Position numbers and translations under genes: made by a program | Assembly: GCA_021798985.1 (NCBI GenBank) | Contig: JAJZBI010000020.1 | Coordinates: 4,785-68,784 of the forward strand | Direction of reading: 5' to 3' | Length of the DNA stretch: 64,000 nucleotides | Origin: Actinomycetes bacterium | GTDB taxonomy: Bacteria; Actinomycetota; Acidimicrobiia; Acidimicrobiales; Bog-793 | Notes under the pieces: generated by a model | What the model was told of the DNA's origin: nothing | Database searches by the model: none | Seen by the model: the letters and a program-made list of their open reading frames with translations, nothing else | Shown here: piece by piece, positions 59,898 through 64,000 of the stretch | How positions within the stretch are numbered: the stretch's first letter is position 1 | Layout: the number at the start of each line of letters is the position of its first letter

Positions 59898-61328
59898 CTA
59901 GACGACTGTCGAAGGCCCCGCGGCCGCAGGGTCGGCGTCGCGCTCGTCGGCGGGTGCCGCGTCCGGCGCGCCGAGGGCACCGAGGGCGACGGGTGTCGCG
60001 ACCGGTCGTAGGTGCAGGTCGCCGACGAGCGCGGTGGCGCGACCGGTCGCCGCCGCGACCAAGAGCTGGGCGATCGGGCCGCACGTCCGGCCCTGGCAGT
60101 AGCCCATCCCACAGCGCGTGACACTGCGCAGCTCGCGCACCGAGCGCGCGCCGCCCGCGAGCGCGCGCCGCAGCGCCCCGACGGTCACGTCCTCGCAGCG
60201 GCAGACGACCGTCTCCTGGTCGCTCCACTCGAGCCAGCCCGGGGCGAGCGGGTAGAGCGCCGCTAGCCCCGCGGCGACCCGTCCGGCCCGCGCGAGGGCG
60301 CCGTGGCGGGCGCGCTCTGGCGCGCCGTGCCCGAGATAGCGCGCCGCGGCCGCCCCGGCGCGCTCGCCCTCGAGCTCGGCGAGGTGGGCGCCGCCGATGC
60401 CCGTCAGCTCACCGGCGACGAAGACGCCCGCCAGGCCGGTGACGCCCCCGTCATGGCGGGCCGCCGCGCCCGGGCGCCCGGGCGCGGTGTGGTCGGACAG
60501 GCCGAGCTGCCGGGCGAGCTCGAGGCGGGGGACGAAGCCGAAAGAGACGCACGCCGCGTCCACCAAATAGCGCCGCTCGCCGTCCGGCCGCGGTCGCCAC
60601 TGCGCGTCGAGGCGGGAGACGACGACCGCTTCGACCCGCTCGCCGCCGACGGCAGCGGTGACCGCCGCGCCCCGAAGCAGCGGGACCCGTGCGCCGGCAA
60701 GGACGGCGAGGTAGGAGAGCGCGTCGCGCACGACGCGGGGCGCGGCACCGAGGCGGGCGAGCGCCTGGGGGCGACGCAGCGGATCGCCCGCCTCGACGAC
60801 GGCGGCGACGTGGGCACCGCCGCGGACGAGGGCGGCGGCGACGGGAAGCAGGAACGGCCCCGACCCGGCGACCACGACCCGGCGCCCGAGGAGGACTCCC
60901 TCGTGCTTCAAGAGCGCCTGGGCCGCCCCGGCGGTCGTGACGCCGGGGAGCTCCCAGCCCCGGAACGGCAGCACGAGCTCGCTGGCTCCGGTCGCGAGCA
61001 CGAGCGCCGGCGCGACGAGCCGCCCGGCGCCCGCCCCCTCGGGTGTCGCGAGGAAGAGCTCGTAGCCGCCCGGCACCGGCGACACGGCCCAGACGAGGCG
61101 TCCGGTCAGCAGCTCGACCCCGGCGTCGCGCAGCGCGGCGAAGCGCGCCGGGAGGTGCGGACCGATCGCCGCGCCGCTGCCGTCTGCGTCGCGAAGCGGT
61201 TGGCGGTAGATCTGGCCGCCGAGGCGCGGCGCCGCGTCGAGCAGGGTGACCGAGACACCGGCGGCGCTCGCGGCAAGGGCGGCGGCCATGCCGGCCGGGC
61301 CGCCCCCGACGACGACGAGCTCAGACAT
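59898..61328 (-). CDS. FAD/NAD(P)-binding oxidoreductase, OoxA/HcnB-like alpha subunit (candidate D-hydroxyproline dehydrogenase alpha)
   Basis: ELVVVGGGPAGMAAALAA, VVVAGSGPFLLPVAAAL, C-terminal VVCRCEDVTVGALRRA..TRCGMGYCQGRTC (BFD-like 2Fe-2S). Confidence 0.8.
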   Translation of the reverse strand: MSELVVVGGGPAGMAAALAASAAGVSVTLLDAAPRLGGQIYRQPLRDADGSGAAIGPHLPARFAALRDAGVELLTGRLVWAVSPVPGGYELFLATPEGAGAGRLVAPALVLATGASELVLPFRGWELPGVTTAGAAQALLKHEGVLLGRRVVVAGSGPFLLPVAAALVRGGAHVAAVVEAGDPLRRPQALARLGAAPRVVRDALSYLAVLAGARVPLLRGAAVTAAVGGERVEAVVVSRLDAQWRPRPDGERRYLVDAACVSFGFVPRLELARQLGLSDHTAPGRPGAAARHDGGVTGLAGVFVAGELTGIGGAHLAELEGERAGAAAARYLGHGAPERARHGALARAGRVAAGLAALYPLAPGWLEWSDQETVVCRCEDVTVGALRRALAGGARSVRELRSVTRCGMGYCQGRTCGPIAQLLVAAATGRATALVGDLHLRPVATPVALGALGAPDAAPADERDADPAAAGPSTVV

Positions 61329-61608
61329 CGTCGGCGCCGCCCGTCGAGGCGGAGGTCTCCAGGCGGTCGCCGTCGCAAAGCGGCCGCAGGCAGGCGCGCA
61401 CGGCGCGCTCGCCGTTGACGTCGATCAGGCAGTCAAAGCAGGTACCGATCCCGCAGAAGACGCCGCGGGCCTGTCCGGCGACGCGGGTGCGCCGCCAAGA
61501 TGCGATGCCGTTGCGCACCAGCGCGCCGGCCAGCGTCGAGCCCACCGGCGCCTCGAGGGGCCGGCCGTCGAAGCTGAAGCGCAGCGCGCTCGCGGGCTCT
61601 TTGCTCAT
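61321..61608 (-). CDS. small (2Fe-2S)-binding subunit, HcnA/SoxA-N-like (candidate gamma subunit)
   Basis: FSFDGRPLEAPVGSTLAGALVRNGI...GVFCGIGTCFDCLIDVNGERAVRAC. Confidence 0.8.
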   Translation of the reverse strand: MSKEPASALRFSFDGRPLEAPVGSTLAGALVRNGIASWRRTRVAGQARGVFCGIGTCFDCLIDVNGERAVRACLRPLCDGDRLETSASTGGADDV

Positions 61609-62783
61609 CGGCGTAGCGGCGCGAAGCGCGCCGGGGAGAACGGGTCCAGGCCAAAGCCGGGGGATGGCCCGCCGAGCAGGGCGAGGATTGCCCGGGCGCT
61701 CGCCGGGGCGAGGCCGACCCCGGCGCCCTCGTGGCCGGTCGCGTGCAACAGCCCCGGCGCGTGGAGGTCCTCGCCGAGCACGGGGAGCCGATCAGGGGTG
61801 GCGGGGCGGAAGCCGACGTAGGTGCGCAGGAGGCGTACCGAGGTGAGCGCGGGAAACAGCCGGATCGCCCGCGCAGCGATCGCCGCGCACACCGCGGGGT
61901 TGATCGTGCGGGAGAAGCCGACGAACTCGCGCGACGAGCCGAGCAGCATGGTGCCGCTCGGCGTCGCCTCGACGACGGCCGAGGCGCCGTAGCCGCCGGC
62001 ATCGTCGTGGATGGCCGCGACGTAGCCGGACTCGTAGACCTTGTGCGGCGTGAGCGGTGCGACGGGCTCGGTGACGAGCACGTGCCCGCGCCGCGGCGTG
62101 ACGGGGACCTCGCCGCCGAGGCATGCCGCGACCTCGCCCGCCCACGCGCCGGCGGCATTGACCACGGCGCGCCCGACGCCGATCTCGCCGGCCGAGGTGC
62201 CAAGGCGCCCGATCCGCCCCTCGCCCGAGCGCGTGGCGCCACGGACCGTGACGCCGCCGACGAGCCGTCCGCCGTGGCGGCGTAGGGAGCGGACGAACGC
62301 GTCGACCGCGAGCATCGGCTGGATCTGCGCGTCCTCCTCGTAGAAGACGCCCCCGGCCACCTCCCGGGACAGGTTGGGCTCGAGCGCAAAGAGCTCGGCG
62401 CCGGCGAGGACGCGCACCGCCGCGCCCTCCTCGCGCTGGGCGCGCGCCAACGCGACGAGCTCGGCGAAGGCCGCCTCGTCGGAGGCGACGACGAGCCCGC
62501 CCTTTTGCTCGTACTCGAACTCCCCCGAGTGCTCCTGCGCGAGCTCGCGCCAGCGCGCCAGGCTGGCGCGAGCCATCTCGAGGTCGAGCCCGGGGAGCTT
62601 GTCGGAGACGAGCAGGTTGCCCTCTCCCGCCGAGCTCGATCCCGCCGCCGGACCGATCTGGTCGACGACGCACACCTCGAGCCCCTCGGCTTGCAGCAGC
62701 GCTCCGATCGCGCAACCGACGATCCCTGCGCCGATCACCACCACCTCCGCGCTCGTTGGGAGCTCGTCGTCGGGCACGAGCAA
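61605..62783 (-). CDS. FAD-dependent oxidoreductase (DAO family, HcnC/OoxB-like; candidate D-hydroxyproline dehydrogenase beta)
   Basis: AEVVVIGAGIVGCAIGALLQAEGLEV. Typical DAO body. Start TTG 62783 or GTG 62777, just after the epimerase stop at 62792. Confidence 0.8.
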   Translation of the reverse strand: MLVPDDELPTSAEVVVIGAGIVGCAIGALLQAEGLEVCVVDQIGPAAGSSSAGEGNLLVSDKLPGLDLEMARASLARWRELAQEHSGEFEYEQKGGLVVASDEAAFAELVALARAQREEGAAVRVLAGAELFALEPNLSREVAGGVFYEEDAQIQPMLAVDAFVRSLRRHGGRLVGGVTVRGATRSGEGRIGRLGTSAGEIGVGRAVVNAAGAWAGEVAACLGGEVPVTPRRGHVLVTEPVAPLTPHKVYESGYVAAIHDDAGGYGASAVVEATPSGTMLLGSSREFVGFSRTINPAVCAAIAARAIRLFPALTSVRLLRTYVGFRPATPDRLPVLGEDLHAPGLLHATGHEGAGVGLAPASARAILALLGGPSPGFGLDPFSPARFAPLRR

Positions 62784-62791
62784 GGCCGGGA

Positions 62792-63802
62792 TCAGGCCTC
62801 GGTGAAGCTGAAGCCGGCCGGAAAGGGGTCGTCGGGATCGAGCAGGTAGCTCGCCAGGCCCGTCACGTAGGCCCGCCCGGTGACCGTCGGCACGACCGCA
62901 GGGAAGTCGCCGACGCGCGACTCGGCGACCAGGCGGCCGACGAAGCGGGTCCCGATTGTCGACAGGTGTGGGAAGTCCTCGTCGAGACCGAGGCGGCCGC
63001 GGGCGTGCAGCTGGGCCATGCGCGCCGAGGTTCCCGTGCCGCACGGCGAGCGGTCGAGCCAGCCCGGGTGGATGGCGACGGCCGCGCGCGCCGGCTCGGT
63101 GTCGGTGGCGTCCTTGGCCAAGATGACGTGGTGGCAGTGGTCGACGCCGTTCTCTGGATGTGCGAAGTCGAGCTGGGCGTTCACGGCCTCCATAACCGAC
63201 AGCCCGGCGCGGATCAGCTCGTCGTGGCGCCGGGGTGCCACCTCGAGGCCGACGGCTGCGGCGGGGACGATGGCGTAGAAGTTCCCGCCCCACGCGAGGT
63301 CGAGGCGCAGACTGCCGAGGCCGGCCACCTCGACCTCGGCGTCGCGCAGGTGGAGGTAGGAGGGGACGTTGCGGATCGTCACCGCCGTCGCCCGCCCGTC
63401 TTGCACGGCAACGCTCGCCTCGACGAGGCCAGCTGGAGTGTCGAGGCGGATGACCGTCGTTGGCTCTTTTACCGCCACCATCCCCGTCTCGACGAGGACG
63501 GTGGCGGTCCCGATCGTGCCGTGCCCGCACATCGGCAGGCAGCCGGAGACCTCGATGAACAGCACGCCGAAGTCGGCATCTGGGCGCGCCGGGCGCTGCA
63601 GGATCGCCCCGGACATCGCCGAGTGCCCGCGCGGCTCGAGCACGAGGAGGCGGCGCAGGTCGTCACGCTCGTGCATCAGGTACTGCCGGCGTGCCTCCAT
63701 CGTGACCCCGGGGAGGTCGCCGACCCCGCCGGTGATGACGCGCGTCGGCATGCCCTCGGTGTGGCTGTCGACGGCGGAGAGGACGACGCGGCTACGCATC
63801 AC
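62792..63802 (-). CDS. 4-hydroxyproline 2-epimerase / proline racemase family enzyme (Cys/Cys)
   Basis: SAVDSHTEGMPTRVITGG, first catalytic LPMCGHGTIG, second LDRSPCGTGTSARMAQL. Confidence 0.88.
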   Translation of the reverse strand: MMRSRVVLSAVDSHTEGMPTRVITGGVGDLPGVTMEARRQYLMHERDDLRRLLVLEPRGHSAMSGAILQRPARPDADFGVLFIEVSGCLPMCGHGTIGTATVLVETGMVAVKEPTTVIRLDTPAGLVEASVAVQDGRATAVTIRNVPSYLHLRDAEVEVAGLGSLRLDLAWGGNFYAIVPAAAVGLEVAPRRHDELIRAGLSVMEAVNAQLDFAHPENGVDHCHHVILAKDATDTEPARAAVAIHPGWLDRSPCGTGTSARMAQLHARGRLGLDEDFPHLSTIGTRFVGRLVAESRVGDFPAVVPTVTGRAYVTGLASYLLDPDDPFPAGFSFTEA

Positions 63803-64000
63803 AACGCGAGCGCCTGCACCCGCCTCGCCAGCGCGCGCACCGCCGCTTCTTCTGTGGCCGGCAGGGGGAGGCGGGGCAGGCGGACGCCGCCCGCAGGGCG
63901 GCCGGCCTCCTCCTGGGCGAGCTTGATGGCCTGGACGAAGCGGGGATCGGCGTCGTAGCGCAACAGCGGGAGCATCGCGCGATACAGCGGCACCGCCGCG
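63799..64000 (-). CDS. dihydrodipicolinate synthase-family protein, C-terminal part only (candidate pyrroline-4-hydroxy-2-carboxylate deaminase); continues beyond the window
   Basis: AIKLAQEEAGRPAGGVRLPRLPLPATEEAAVRALA is the usual DapA-family C-terminus (G.VR.P..PL). ATGA overlap with the epimerase gene. Confidence 0.6.
   Translation of the reverse strand, partial: AAVPLYRAMLPLLRYDADPRFVQAIKLAQEEAGRPAGGVRLPRLPLPATEEAAVRALARRVQALAL

Noticed and set aside
1-64000. CRISPR arrays, rRNA genes, and prophage, toxin-antitoxin or known defence-system genes.
   Set aside because: There are no regularly spaced direct repeats longer than the 15-bp duplication at 47888. There are no rRNA-like conserved stretches and no nuclease, ATPase or reverse-transcriptase-type defence genes among the ORFs.

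Overview
This is a very GC-rich, gene-dense bacterial chromosome segment. I did not compute GC, but third codon positions are almost always G/C, GTG/TTG starts are common, and many genes share ATGA/GTGA start-stop overlaps. The gene content points to an actinobacterium: a mycothiol-type DinB/MDMPI protein, PucR/LuxR/LacI regulators and GYWLV-repeat domains. I call 2 tRNAs and about 65 protein genes or pseudogenes. I see no rRNA, CRISPR array, transposase, integrase or phage genes. From left to right the window contains: (1) tRNA-Arg and tRNA-Ser; (2) a 1,549-aa secreted S53 peptidase; (3) an aminophosphonate uptake/catabolism operon (ABC transporter, embedded metallophosphoesterase, FAD amine oxidoreductase, phosphonatase-like HAD); (4) an EncFtn-type ferritin-like gene behind a CYTH/CHAD gene; (5) pdxH; (6) a decaying amino-acid ABC transporter, with an internally deleted ATPase and a probably frameshifted binding protein; (7) a CpdA-like phosphodiesterase, an aldo-keto reductase, a DEAD-box helicase, a DUF2505-like gene and an ADP-ribosylglycohydrolase; (8) a ten-gene TusA/DsrE + Hdr/MvhD/NfnB-like operon preceded by two CuA-like cupredoxin genes and facing a membrane-protein/LuxR-RR/HK operon; (9) small housekeeping-type genes and an HD-GYP protein; (10) a LacI-controlled sugar ABC transporter with four palindromic operators; (11) Hsp20 plus an XRE-cupin regulator; (12) a cytoplasmic beta-helix enzyme and an alpha-galactosidase-like remnant; (13) a Liv-type ABC transporter joined to a two-branch hydroxyproline catabolic cluster. 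The best candidate for an undescribed system is the 24.6-32.6 kb sulfur-relay/heterodisulfide-reductase-like operon. Its subunit set and gene order do not match the sHdr, Flx-Hdr or Qmo layouts I know. All family assignments come from motif recognition by eye and need HMM/BLAST confirmation.
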